Below, piece by piece: positions 51,759 through 63,662 of a stretch of DNA of 64,000 nucleotides. Numbering within the stretch: position 1 is the stretch's first letter; each line of letters starts with the position of its first letter. The position numbers were made by a program, and so were the translations under genes. Location: positions 12,316,784 through 12,380,783 of the forward strand of contig CM121341.1 in the NCBI GenBank assembly GCA_051530055.1, in the 5' to 3' direction. The notes under the pieces are model-generated. The model was not told the DNA's origin. It did not search any database and saw nothing but the letters and a program-made list of their open reading frames with translations. This DNA comes from Neoechinorhynchus agilis. Taxonomy: Eukaryota > Animalia > Acanthocephala.

Positions 51759-52283
51759 TCAGCAGGTTTGAGCAATGAAGTTAGTAAGGTTACTAAATCT
51801 TTGATTATTTGGATCATAGTATTCATCGTAAATAACGTCCTGTTTCCGTCTCAAACCATTTTTGAATAAGACATTATCAAGACAATAAAGATTTGCATCC
51901 TGTTTATCTGCGTCTCCTTTACTTAGACAATACTCGTTGCACAGAAGACGTCCGTCCACTGCTCGCAGTTCGAAATGAAACCCATGACCACTAAGTAATT
52001 GGGTAAGGTGCGGCTGATGAGATCGATTAGGAATTGTTTTAATAAGACTTTCCTTTGCCTTTATATGAATCTTGCATTCACCAATGTCTTTATCAATACG
52101 TTTTAGAGCTGATATGAACTCGGGCATGATGTGAAGATCGTTTCCAACGATGCTAGGAACAATGGCCTTAGCCTTCACCACTACAAGCGGGCACTTGGCT
52201 TTGGCTGGGCCAAAAAAAAATCCAGCTACGATAGTTGGAATGGTCAACGAGAGTAGTAGAAGAGTTCGCCAGATTTGTTGCAT
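51759..52283 (-). CDS. Secreted 174-aa protein, degenerate peptidase-M15 (Hedgehog/DD-peptidase fold)-like
   Basis: Signal peptide. F...L.RID....EC.I.I..S....GH.F.F...G..LCN..CL......C......GLR pattern resembles invertebrate M15-like proteins from recall; Zn-ligand positions appear substituted. Confidence 0.6.
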   Translation of the reverse strand: MQQIWRTLLLLSLTIPTIVAGFFFGPAKAKCPLVVVKAKAIVPSIVGNDLHIMPEFISALKRIDKDIGECKIHIKAKESLIKTIPNRSHQPHLTQLLSGHGFHFELRAVDGRLLCNEYCLSKGDADKQDANLYCLDNVLFKNGLRRKQDVIYDEYYDPNNQRFSNLTNFIAQTC

Positions 52284-53116
52284 TTGCTTGTAGTTGTATA
52301 GAAGGGTTATGTGCGCTAGAATCTTATATACGGCCGATAGTAAGCTGGATTGATGGTTGCGTAATACTTGCTTTCTATATGCTGAAATTATGTGGAGTAT
52401 TTCCAGGAAATGTCAGGAGGGTCCTCGTCTGTAAATGCTTAGAGCGATAAATATCGCATTTCTCGGTGATAGGCACGCGCAAATGAAGCATCATAGTGCT
52501 TGGTGCCATGAAGAAAAAGGATGGCTCCCATGTGCTCAGTTAGACAAATTTTGCAATGGTAGTCAGACAATTTAGCAGAACAATATGTGTGGAAGAGTTT
52601 GAAAAAATGTAACGATATTGTTGATAGCTACTTGAGAGAATTTTTGATAATTCATTCTGTAGCGTCCAATAAAACTATCTTTTGATTTTGTACTTCGAAT
52701 TTCAATATTTTTGTCTCAAAATCTGTCATCAATGTGACCTTTTTTATTGTTAGTGAAGAAACCCAAAAGCACCATAGACCTCATCAGACTACTTTTCGCT
52801 CCTAGGTCGTTTGAATGAGATCGAATTTCACAACCCGGTGATTTGTGGCAAAAAAGCCGTTACTTGAACCTCAGCGAACAATTCCTGAAGAAGTCATAAG
52901 ACTGCGAAAGCTCAAAAATTTTTCTTTTTGTCATTACAACAGCCCGTTCAAGTGTCCATTTTCGAAAACAAAGCTTGTTCAAAATACCATACGATCTTGG
53001 TTTTTTGTGCAATTTTCGAAACTCTTATTAAAGCCTAAATTCCGAAATCGTCGAATAATACATCAGTTCCTATAGAAACATATACCATAAATAAAAAATG
53101 CCGACCGATAGACTAA

Positions 53117-54220
53117 ATGTCCACGCCAAGAGTAATGATTTGTTTGCCCCAATATCCAGGAATATCTTATGAAACTAGAGAACGAGACGAAGAAATGAAA
53201 AATGATTTTGAATATAGATGGAATTCGAGAAAAAGTGATCCGTGCATTAGCATTCATGACTTTCGTCTAAAACGTACTCTTATAGAAGGCGAGTTTAGCC
53301 GCCTAGTTTTGGCTACACGCATTGACCAGCCGAAAGAGAAGGTAGCGTTAAAAATCATTTCTAAGTCACGTTTATCTGCCTCGAATCAGAGTCATTATTC
53401 ACTTAGGGAAAAGAGGATCCTGGGAGCTTGCCGTCATCCATTTATAGTAAATTTCATTTTCTGTTTCAAGGACAATTCCTATTTGTACCTAGGGCTTGAG
53501 TATTCCACTCATGGAACTTTACGCGATCATTTAACTATAAAGCGCAGATTTGTGGAAAATGACAGTAAATATGTGGCTGCGCAGGTTATAATGGCATTGG
53601 AATATTTCACACATTAGCTCATGATATGTGCGAATTCATGATCTGATGCACTACATGCAGTTCAAATTATTTATAGAAATTTGAGACCTGAAACGATCGC
53701 TGTTACTAATCGAGGATACGTAAAGCTTTGTGATTTTGAGTTATCAAAAAAAATTGATGGATGGACTGCTACATTTTGTGGAATGCCACAATATATGGCC
53801 CCTGAAATGTATCTGCTTCGACCATATACAGACGCTGTTGATTGGTGGACATTAGGTGTATTGATCTTCGAGATGATTACCGGAGGATTGCCTTTTGTTG
53901 CAGCGAATTTGGATGGCCTTTGCGAAGCAATTACTCAAAAGACCATTGAATATCCGCCTTTAATTGCTGCCTCTGTTAGAGATATTGTGGAAAATCTGTT
54001 GTGTAAAGTCGAAATTGAGAGAATGGGATATTTTGATGGTGCAAGGGAAATAAAGGATCACTACTGGTTTTCTAATCTTAATTTTTCCCATTTGTTTAGT
54101 GGTAAAGTTGAGTTTTTACTCGATTTGCCACCAATGGCTGCTAAGACACGATTTAGTGAAGAAGTTCCAATATATATTTCAGCCAATAATCACGAGCCCA
54201 ATCTGTTTGACGAGTTTTAA
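53117..54220 (+). CDS. PKA catalytic-subunit-like kinase with degenerate catalytic motifs, interrupted by a 45-nt insert at 53606-53650
   Basis: VALKIISK, EKRIL, HPFIV, FKDNSYLYLGLEY, YAAQV..ALEY, TFCGMPQYMAPE, VDWWTLGVLIFEM, IKDH.WF; two in-frame ORFs separated by TAG and TGA stops. Confidence 0.85.
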
Positions 54221-54802
54221 TGTGTTTCTAAATTAAGGAATAAAGTTGCCTGACTTTCCGTTGATTTTCCTTGTATTTAAAGGCGCAATGAGGTATTGAA
54301 GAGTCGCGTTTTTATGAGCATTGCTGGTTGCAAGCCGAAAAGACCATGACGGATTTTCAATGAGAAAATTTATAAGTGGACCACGGGAAATAACTTAAAA
54401 ACGCCATGCCGTTATCTTCAATTTTTAAAGATGCTCTCTATCGACATTGCAGTTATTTTCTATCTTTCAAAAAATTACGGGTACAAATATACGAAGCTGT
54501 CAAATCCCTAAAACCTGATGAGCGCTTAAGCTCTTAAATGGCGAATATGGTTTCGTTTCTTGTCCGAGTGACTAATAATAAAAGAGCAGAGATACCAAGC
54601 ATTATATTCTATCATTTTTCAGTGTGTAATGTTGGCCGGTTCACAATTTCTTCTACGTCGGCTACACAAAACATCCTTTTTGGTGACAAATTCAAAAATT
54701 TTCAAAACTGTAAAATCCCAACGACGACAACAAACTTGTTTTTTTGTTTATATAAGATGTATATTATCCTTTTATTCATTATTACTGTTGGGTGAAACGA
54801 GA

Positions 54803-55018
54803 TTTGTTTTGTGCGGACACCCAGACGTTTTTTATTATGCAAATTTTCGGAGAGCAAAGTCTCCCTCTTCAGGCTTTTGGTCATTGCTTCCGAAGAAATT
54901 TTTTTTTAGTAAGCTAGAAATTTTTCTTCGGAAGCAATGACCAAAAGCCTGAAGAGGGAGACTTTGCTCTCCGAAAATTTGCATAATAAAAAACGTCTGG
55001 GTGTCCGCACAAAACAAA
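54803..55018. repeat. Perfect 96-bp inverted repeat with 24-nt spacer
   Basis: 54803-54898 is the exact reverse complement of 54923-55018; the ORF track shows MTKSLKRETLLSENLHNKKRLGVRTKQ on both strands. Confidence 0.95.
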
Positions 55019-55065
55019 AAAAATTATCCTTTTACTTGACCATTTTGACAATTTTCGAAATCTAC

Positions 55066-55131
55066 TTAAAAATAAGCATTGCGGTGCAGCGGGGCAATGC
55101 GGCTAGCATTTTGGCCTGCGCCGATGAATAG
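55066..55131 (+). mobile_element. 3'-terminal remnant of a different CRE-clade element
   Basis: Encodes KISIAVQRGNAASILACADE*, matching the ISLAVQRGNAA terminus of the other CRE copies at divergent DNA sequence. Confidence 0.65.
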
Positions 55132-57621
55132 GGGCGTCGAAGAAACTATAAATCCAGCGTAAAAATTAAAAGAATTTATTAAATCCGATATTTTGGCTTA
55201 AGAGCTTTAGCTTTCAACTATTGTTTGGACAATAAACGGAAATGATATCTTACGCTTCGTTAAGTCAAATATTAGTGTCATTAATGCATACAAGTGGTCT
55301 AGAATGGAGATATGAATTGTTTTTAAGGGTGCTAGTACAGGGATATTTTTGCAGTATGCAAAATTAAATTTCAATAAGTTCTTCGCGATTAAAAATAGCC
55401 TGAGCATTAGTCCGGTTCTACGAACCCCAGACTTTGAAACCTCGAAATTATTGATATAATTGGTATTTACGCCGCTGAGCACGTCTGCGTGAACACTGTA
55501 TGATGGAGTGCAACAAAAGCATGGCATTTTGCCGCTTTTCAGTGGAGCACTAGGATTGTAATATGATATCGTTTGTATGCTTACACCCAGTCGTTGCTTC
55601 CTCGCCAAAAATAATCTCGTTTATTCGCCTATGTTGTATGATATCGTGAGTGAGGTGGGGAGGTTAAATTAACATTTTTTAAATTGAGTATTTTAAAGGA
55701 TATCCCAAATATGCTGTTCATTTGTCGCAAAAATAGAACAAATATTAAGATCAATCGGGTTTTTGTGTCACTTTGCAATGCAACATATTTTTCCTAAGAT
55801 TTAGAGAACAAAAGCTAGTTCTAAATTACTCTATAAAGTAGTTTTAGTGCAAAACATGCGGGATTTGTGGTTAAATACAAAAACCCGTTTTATCGCATAG
55901 GTGTTTATCATAGAGAGAAAATCATTCGGAATGATAAAGTTTGAATTGTGATGATGATTGCGGATAAAAGATATTCTATTGATGTGAAATATTTTGAAAG
56001 AGGAAGCCTCGCCTCATCAGTCATTTAAAGAAGTTTAAGTTCTTATGTGTTGAATGGCTCAGGTTAGCGGGATCGTCATTCCCGAAGTTCGGGATCCGTA
56101 TTTCCGCTCCGGGTTTTGGATCGAGTTTTTAATTGACTTTAACACGTCGCTGACCGGTAGATTCAAGCAAAAGTTTTGTAAGCACAAGGCATTTTCTAAG
56201 ATTTTTCCCCTTTTGACAAAATGCTTCCCATCAAAATCTATGCGATGTTGCAGAGTTTCTTGGTGGTTGGATATGGCGGATGAATGTAAAAACGGCGGCA
56301 TACTTGCTTATGATGGGCGATTCTCTTCTTGGTGTCCTGTATCGCTTGCCCCATATAATCCTATCACATTGTGTGCACTGTATTTCGCAAACCCTCACGG
56401 GGCAGATCATTGTGCCCTTCTTCTTGAGTGAGTTTCCGAAGGTGATCCCTTTATTGTCGTATAAGCGAATTCCAACCTTCGTCTTCATAATCGAGTGGAT
56501 CATCTGGTTTGTTGCATCGTTAATGATGTTCACGCTATCGAATTTAAGCGACGCTGCGAAGGGTTTTTGTGTTATGTGATCGATAGTTACATTTCTTAAT
56601 AGAGCAGTCTATTAATCTCTTACTCTCAATTCATGGACGATACTTTACCTTTTGTGGATGATATCATAAAAGCCAGTCGAAAATGAGAAGTGACAGCTGA
56701 GATTTTGCCTCATTGATTGATGACTATACCAGTGTGGTGGTCTCCATGGCACGCTCGGCTTCCAAAATAATGCAATTGAAAGTTTTCCTTGTGCTGTGCA
56801 TTAAATCAGAACGTCCAGGGACGAAATATCGCCATCACCATTCTCGTTATTAAGTGTCCACTCTATGTGTGGAACTTGAATGCTCAACGATGCCTTTAGT
56901 CAGTCGTCGCTGTGGTTAGAATCATTCAGAATCAACACATCATAAACATAACGCCATCACCTATTTGCATTCACTACAAAGTTCCAAGAAAGTCGACAAC
57001 CGGAGCTTGTATCGAGGACTGGTTACAAACGTTGTTCGTTTCAATGCTTAGGAAGTATGTCAGTGGATAATTCAATCGTTTTAGACAGTGGAATATCGGT
57101 GAAGAGAGCGCAATATGTGTTTAAATCACATATTGATGGCTTTAATTGGACGGTATTGAAGGATGGATTCGTGAATCTTGTGGATTAGATACAGAAACGA
57201 CCTCAAAGCCAATGATGACATCGTCATATTATAGAATCGTGGACTTATGAAAGACCGGTTTAACAAGATACAAGTAAACTGTTAAACATTTACTCTCTAT
57301 TTTGGGTGGAATTTTTGACCGGCATCTCAAATTTATCATAGTTAAGAAGTACTAAAGCCGCGTTCTAATAATTATCCATGCCCACGGCTACTAAAGCACG
57401 CTCTTTGTTAGATTTGCAAATCCTTATTGCTGGGCGGTAAAGTATTTTGGTCATGTTTGTGACTTTTAGAGAAATGCTTTGGAGGATAATGGGAAACTTG
57501 AAAATGCTACTTATTGGCTTAAATACGCTGTAAAGAGCCCAAGAATATCACTTAAGATTCAAGATTGTTCGCAAGTTTTGCATTACACTTTAGATAATTT
57601 CTACTTGGTTTTAGCCCTTTA

Positions 57622-59274
57622 TTAAATAACCAACGGTTGTACAATCACCACAGGACCGTCGCTCATTTCTTCATGCTTGTCTTGATTCTTCGCGGTTTTC
57701 CTATTTCTCACCCTTTCGAGGATCATTCGGATACTGAGACAAGTAACAATAGGAATGGGAGTAGCCAGTGCTACAAATATAGGGCAAATAAGAGAAAGAC
57801 TTGCGAATGGCTGTTCCAGCGCTTGCGTAAGAATGTAGATCGCGATTCCAGTGTTTTGGATACCTATTAAAACAAATAGGCATGAGTTGAACAAAACCGA
57901 TGGCTCACCAGTTTCGAGACATATTGCGATGATGTCTTGTTTCGGTCTTTTTAAGATATATGATATCAGTGATCCGGCTGTAAATCCAATCCATGGTAAA
58001 CACACGCTCACCACTACTACTTTCCATCGTAGATTCGTGAAGATATACGAGTAAGCGACGAAACCGATAATGATTACAAAAGCTAGGAAGGCTATAGTGA
58101 AGAACTTAATTGTTTTTGCAATTTTCTCTGCGATTCGAGGACTACAATAGTTTATGCAGGGAAGCGAGGGAGCGTGAGATGTATAGGATATGCTGTTGAG
58201 AATTCGATTGCGTTACGAGCGTTACTGAATGATCTTTCTGGTTGTTAATATCCGGATTTCTATCTAATGAACTCATTGAAAATCATCAATCAGCAATAGA
58301 TCATGAATGTTTGAAGCTTAACTAAGATCGCATATTTTCACTCCATGTTTGAATTTCTACAGCTAAACGAACTAAATCTCAAATATACATGAAAAAATCT
58401 ACATTTCGTAAGACGTAGAGATGATCATTAGTTGTCCGATTTTAAGTCTCGTTTCAAAAGATTTCAAACCCTGCTACCGTCCATCTCGCTTCTCTTTTCT
58501 TACAAGTATTCCAATAAGCAACGGAGCTAATAAAGTGACCAAAGATGTAGCTATTCTACTTAAAGGTACATTGAAAGCATACTCAGTAGCTAGTTTCCTT
58601 CCAAGAGTGGCCAACCAAAACGGAACAGTAGCGAAGGCAGCGATGGTGCTCGCAAGTGTCATGATCACCGATAGATCGATATTGCCTTCGAATATTTCTG
58701 TATAGATATTACTGGCTCCTCCTCCAGGAGCAATTCCACAAGCGAAAATGCCTAACTGGAAAAAAGCATCCTCTGGAACGTTTGCAGTGGCTGCTAAAGC
58801 AAGCCCAAAGCTCACAAGAGGCATGAGGACGAACTGGCAGAATATTCCAATCAGAACATTTGTTGGTCGTTTGAGATGAGTCCAAAGGTTGTGTGTATTT
58901 AGTTTGCATCCCATTGTGAATAAGGCGACGAACAACAGAACGGCTACACCGACAATGAACACAGTTTCCCATCTTGATCGAGAAAATAGAGAAATGATCT
59001 CGATGGTGAACAATTGACCATTGGAGTCAATAATGACAATCTCAACCTTACCGACCTGTTCACAAACGACGCTCAAGTTGCATCGATCATTGATGGAAGG
59101 TACGCATTTTCCTGAGCCTGATAAGGAATCAATCATCAAAGGTGGACTTAATGTCTCATTATTAGCAGCCGAAATGTTGCAGATATCAAAACTTAATAAT
59201 TCCTTGATTTCTACATTGATTTTAAGGGAAAAGCTTCCAGTAATGCCGAGAACGGCAAGGAAGACAGAGATCAT
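57622..59274 (-). CDS. SLC10-family bile-acid:sodium symporter (SLC10A3/A5 / P3-like)
   Basis: MGC....HLKRP...IGIFCQF.LMP, APGGGASNIY, GNIDLSVIMT, ICLETG|IQNTGIA. Introns CG|GTAGCA (~58477 to ~58142) and a 45-nt in-frame GTGAGC..AATAG intron. Confidence 0.93.
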
Positions 59275-59660
59275 TTTGGTACGAATCCAAGGGGGATGTA
59301 GACACTTGCAAGTCTAGAAGTCACTCAAGTACTCTCGTTAGACACAAAAAAACTTAAAAAGGAGGCTTGTTTAAATGAGCAAGAAGATACAAAAGAAACC
59401 AAAGGGTTGAACCGCTTCCGGTAGTTCATTCGACTGCTTTTAGATCCATTAAATTTTTATTTGTAATTTCAAGCAATGACTAATGAGGCTTCTTAGCGAA
59501 ATCTCATTCCAGAAGGATTTTCTCTCGATTAATAATAACCCTTTGGAAAATGTTGTAAATTGTCTTGGTGAAGTAAAGAAAAATAATTTAATATTTCCAG
59601 AATTGTTTCCCAAGTTTTTTGAAGACGTCCCAGTACGAAATATTAAATAATAATTATTTT

Positions 59661-60297
59661 GTTTTCTAGTTCGCTTGTCAACAACACCCGGGAGAGGTCA
59701 TTAAAGACAAATGTTTATATTTCGACTGTTTGTATTAGTCATTATCTTTTCTATCTAATTTTTTTATAGGAATCGATTACAAACACATGACATGATTGTT
59801 TTCGTTTTTGACTCGGGAACCTGGGATCGTAAATCCCCTGCTTCCCTGGGTGCATTTTAGCCAAACTTTTGCTTTGTTTCCTACTCCATTGTGTTGGCCA
59901 TTTCAATATGCATTTTTGGTGATAAGAACAATAGATATTGATTTATTAAGTATCGATGTTTCGTCCGTTTCGTCCGACTTCAGGTTGTTCGATGAAATAT
60001 TGATATTAATAAATCAATATCTATTTTTCTTATCACCAAAAAATACTTATTGAAATGGCCAACACGATGGAACAGGAAACAAAGCAAAATTCTCCCTCCA
60101 ATTACCAGGCTGGTCTTCGCCAACGGGGTTTACAATTCCGGGTTCCGAGTCAAAATGAAAACAATCATTTGGTGTGTTTTTGATTAATTTCTATGAAAAA
60201 ATTTAGATAGAAAAGATGATGACTAATACAAACAGTCGAAATATATACATTCGTCTGTAATGATCCCTCTCGGATGCTGACAGGCGACCAAAAGAAC
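59661..60297. mobile_element. ~640-bp foldback element (long imperfect inverted arms, ~55-nt spacer)
   Basis: Arms share atatttcgactgtttgtattagtca, gattgttttc, ttgactcgg, tttgctttgtttcct, gtgttggccatttcaata and ttttggtgataagaa..atagatattgatttatta in inverted orientation. Confidence 0.88.
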
Positions 60298-60299
60298 AA

Positions 60300-61500
60300 T
60301 ATATCTAATCAACCGAATGCAATCCTCAATAAAAATTATTTTTCTTCACTTTGCCTTCACCAAAACAATCTGTGGATAACCCTTTGGTTGCGTCGTTTTC
60401 GGTACTTGTCTAAATGCTCTGGTTTCATATTCGTTAATAATAACATTCCTTCTTTTTTCACAAGTGCATTGGATAATTATCCGTTATCTAATGGGTTTTT
60501 CGCTCGATAGGAGCAATCATTTTTCTCCATCGGCAGAAATATCTCGAGATTACTCGTACTGGACCTATTGAAGCATTGAACAAACGAAATATATACTACA
60601 TCATTTTCAGATTTGACTACGACAATGGCTATTTAAGTTTTTGTTATAATAGTCCGATTAAAATACGTTTTTACGAAATAAGGCCATCGAGTTATTCTTT
60701 TCCACAAATAAGCCGATTTATAAAACTACTGGAATCTAACAAGAGGAATACAGTAATACACTCGAAAATGGGGAAACTATGAAGTCTTTTGGACGCTATT
60801 TTTGTTGATTTCGTTCCATGTTGAATACAGTTACGAAATTTTAAATTTCTTTTTCATAATACAATCTTCAGTTTCGATTAAATTAAACAGCAACGATAAA
60901 CGCTTTTGTTTGTAAAAAATAATAATTACAACATTTTATAAAAGGATAAGAGAAATAAAATGGTTACTTAGCAGTGTAGATCCATGATATTGAATTTAAA
61001 TAAGTTTAGCGCTGTACAGCATCTCTTAGCTAGAGAATTTGATCGCTCCTTTGCAGCAATGAATTGCATGATACTTGATGGTAACAAATGGAGGTCAGCT
61101 ACAATTACAGTGGAACGTCGTTTATCCGAATTAATTGATATCGGACCCCATTCGAATATGAGATTTTTCGGATAACCAAAAACGTTTTTAAAATCTCGAC
61201 TGGAAATATCAAAGTCCTTAAAATTCCGGAAAGCGGTTTAAAAGAAATTTGGGTTGGAATTATATCACTTTACCTTTTTTATTGAAAAGAATCACTTTTT
61301 TGCTGTACCATTGAACCCCTTGGTTTTTCGTTACAATATCTCTTGTTGTCAGAAATTATTGAATTTCCAACGTTATGAAACTGTGCTCGAGATTTTCCAC
61401 TTTCTCCTTTCTCAAGACGATGCAATATTTCAAGTTTTGTTTCTATGTGTAAGACGTCGCACTTCCTTATCGAATTTGAAGCCAAAACGGTTCACAACTA
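60300..61500 (-). mobile_element. Decayed pogo/Tigger-type DNA transposase
   Basis: N-terminal HTH-psq-like RKCDVLHIETKLEILHRLEKGESGKS..Q.HNVGNSIISD and a downstream WNEINKNSVQK-type motif; boundaries approximate. Confidence 0.7.
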
Positions 61501-62049
61501 ACAAAAGAATACATCTTACATGACAATAAAGTGATTTCATATCCCACGCAGATGATTACCAAATCAAAAATTTCCTTTTACTAGAGAGAGAGAGTATAGT
61601 ACTTTTGACTTCAAGCGAAACCATCTCTAATCGTTTTCCGGTTAGAAAATGCACTTATATAAAGTTGATGTAATTGACAAAAATATATCCTGATAATCAA
61701 CGTTCCATTGTAATAACAATAGATCCAGTATAACATCACTTTATGGTTTCCGAATTCCATGCCGTTTATAGAAAAATAAGAAAGGAAAGATTTGATGCGG
61801 AAATTTGTTGTGCTTGACGTGCCGTAATAGATCGAAATGCATTTTGATTGCAAATATTGATATTTTTTTCAAACTTTTTAGATTCCTTAGAGGATTACTC
61901 GTTTGCCATGGTTGACATCGAACAGAATTAGTTGATTTGAGGGCAATTATATAAAAAAGTAAACTTGTTACCCGAGATATTCCTCAAAATATTTGCATAT
62001 TTTTTAGGTAGAGGAAAACGCAAATATCTCCGTTGTAAAGATTAATAAC

Positions 62050-62120
62050 TGAGCTACGCGCCTGGGTGGTTTAATTCATCGCTCAGCGTTTTCCGGGTCA
62101 CGGGTTCGATTCTAACCATA
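62050..62120 (+). mobile_element. Possible tRNA-derived SINE head
   Basis: A-box-like tgggtggtttaa and B-box-like ggtcacgggttcgattc; no full cloverleaf. Confidence 0.3.
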
Positions 62121-62639
62121 ACGCTTGGTCAATTCGCTGTGATGACGCGTTTCCATGCACCACTCTGATTATCCGGTGAGGAATGTGGACTTTCTGAGCG
62201 AACGACACAGTGTCCAACCTTTTGGTGTGTTTCAATCGTCGCCATATGTTGAGTGCAAAATTTCGACACCTTCAAGATATGGAATTTTCGTTTATTAAAC
62301 TTTGCGAATTTTTAAAATGTGCATTTTTTACAATCTGAAGCCCAAGAAAAATTACACTTAAGTGCTGGGTCAATTTTAGCTCAATTTACGACGAAAACCA
62401 TTTCAAAAGGAAAACAGATCGCAGGCGATTATCTCCCGCGAAATCTTTATCGTAAAATCACGTTCATATCGAGATTTGGTTTTTTTATCACACTAATGTA
62501 ATTATTTTGCCTAATCTAAAATCGCTAATTTAGTTCACTCATTTTATCCCCGCGATTTTTTTAGAATAATTTATTTTTTCAAAGCTTAGCATGCGATCAG
62601 CGCGGTTTGTACATCTTTTGCCAAGCTTAAAAAATTGTC

Positions 62640-63662
62640 CAGATCATTTTAGATGGTTAAAAGGTGTACAAAGTTCTGTCTGGATTTGGGAATGCTCGGC
62701 GAGGACGATTTTGATCTTTTGCTTCCTTCTGAATTTGATAGAGATCGTATTTCGAAATTGTAATTGTCAATATCAAGTTCTTCTCGGATATCACCACAAT
62801 AGACATCCAACAAACTCCCGAAGCCTAAAATAATTGAGTTTTAAATTTAGAAAAGAGGTATAAGCACGTACAATCAAACAGGGTTTTTATCCCCGGACAA
62901 TTAGAACAGTTATTCGCAACTCGGAATCGGTCCAGAAGGGTGTAGATGTCGCGATGTAGCAGATAAGGAAGTTCTGAGAGCCTTTTAAGCAATTTTCGAA
63001 TATTGATATTTCCTGGGGGGAAAGGAGCGGGTGGCATCACAACTTGCGCTTCGTAAGTTCTGTAGTAATGATCAAATGTCATTTGAATATGGGGCAGCTA
63101 AATTCATATAGCATAAAAACGGAACAAGATATATATCGAATACTTACGATTTCGTGAAATGGTCTTCCAGTTGAAATAGCATCTTGGTCGTACTGAGCAG
63201 ATTTAAGCACTGTGTGCAACATATCGCACATGTGACAAACCTTTGAACAAATTTTAGAACATTTTTAGCTTGCCAAGAATAACTTACTTTTATGTAAGCA
63301 GTCATTTTGCAAAGACAGACACTTATTCTTGTTTCATTTTCAGGAAATTCCTTCCTTAACGCATCCTCTAATTTTTTCAATGAATTTGCAATAGTATCTG
63401 CAGCACACTTAACAACAAAAATCATCTTTTCCATCAGACGGTTGTAGTCTTCGTCGTGGTTTCGAGTTGAAAAAATTATTTTAGTATGTGTTAACTGGTG
63501 TTTTCTTTTACGGCTCACGCTTTTCACTATTTGATCGGGGTTTTCCGACGTTAAATGATCACTTGCTGGTTTGGAAACGTTGTGACCGTTACTTCTCCTT
63601 GATTGTCTGCGTTTCTTAGGCATAGGTAGTAGTTTCTCCAACATTCGATATGCTCGCTTCAT
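62640..63662 (-). CDS. Three-exon orphan gene with basic N-terminus
   Basis: 172-aa ORF ending TC|GTAAGT, frame-compatible acceptor ctacag|, then T|GTACGT..ttttag 47-nt intron and a final exon; NLS-like PKKRRQSRR. Confidence 0.6.

Noticed and set aside
56221-56579. Hydrophobic frames with VVGYG, suggesting an HCN/K-channel pore or GPCR fragment
   Set aside because: The pieces are in different frames and no cyclic-nucleotide domain or further helices could be traced.
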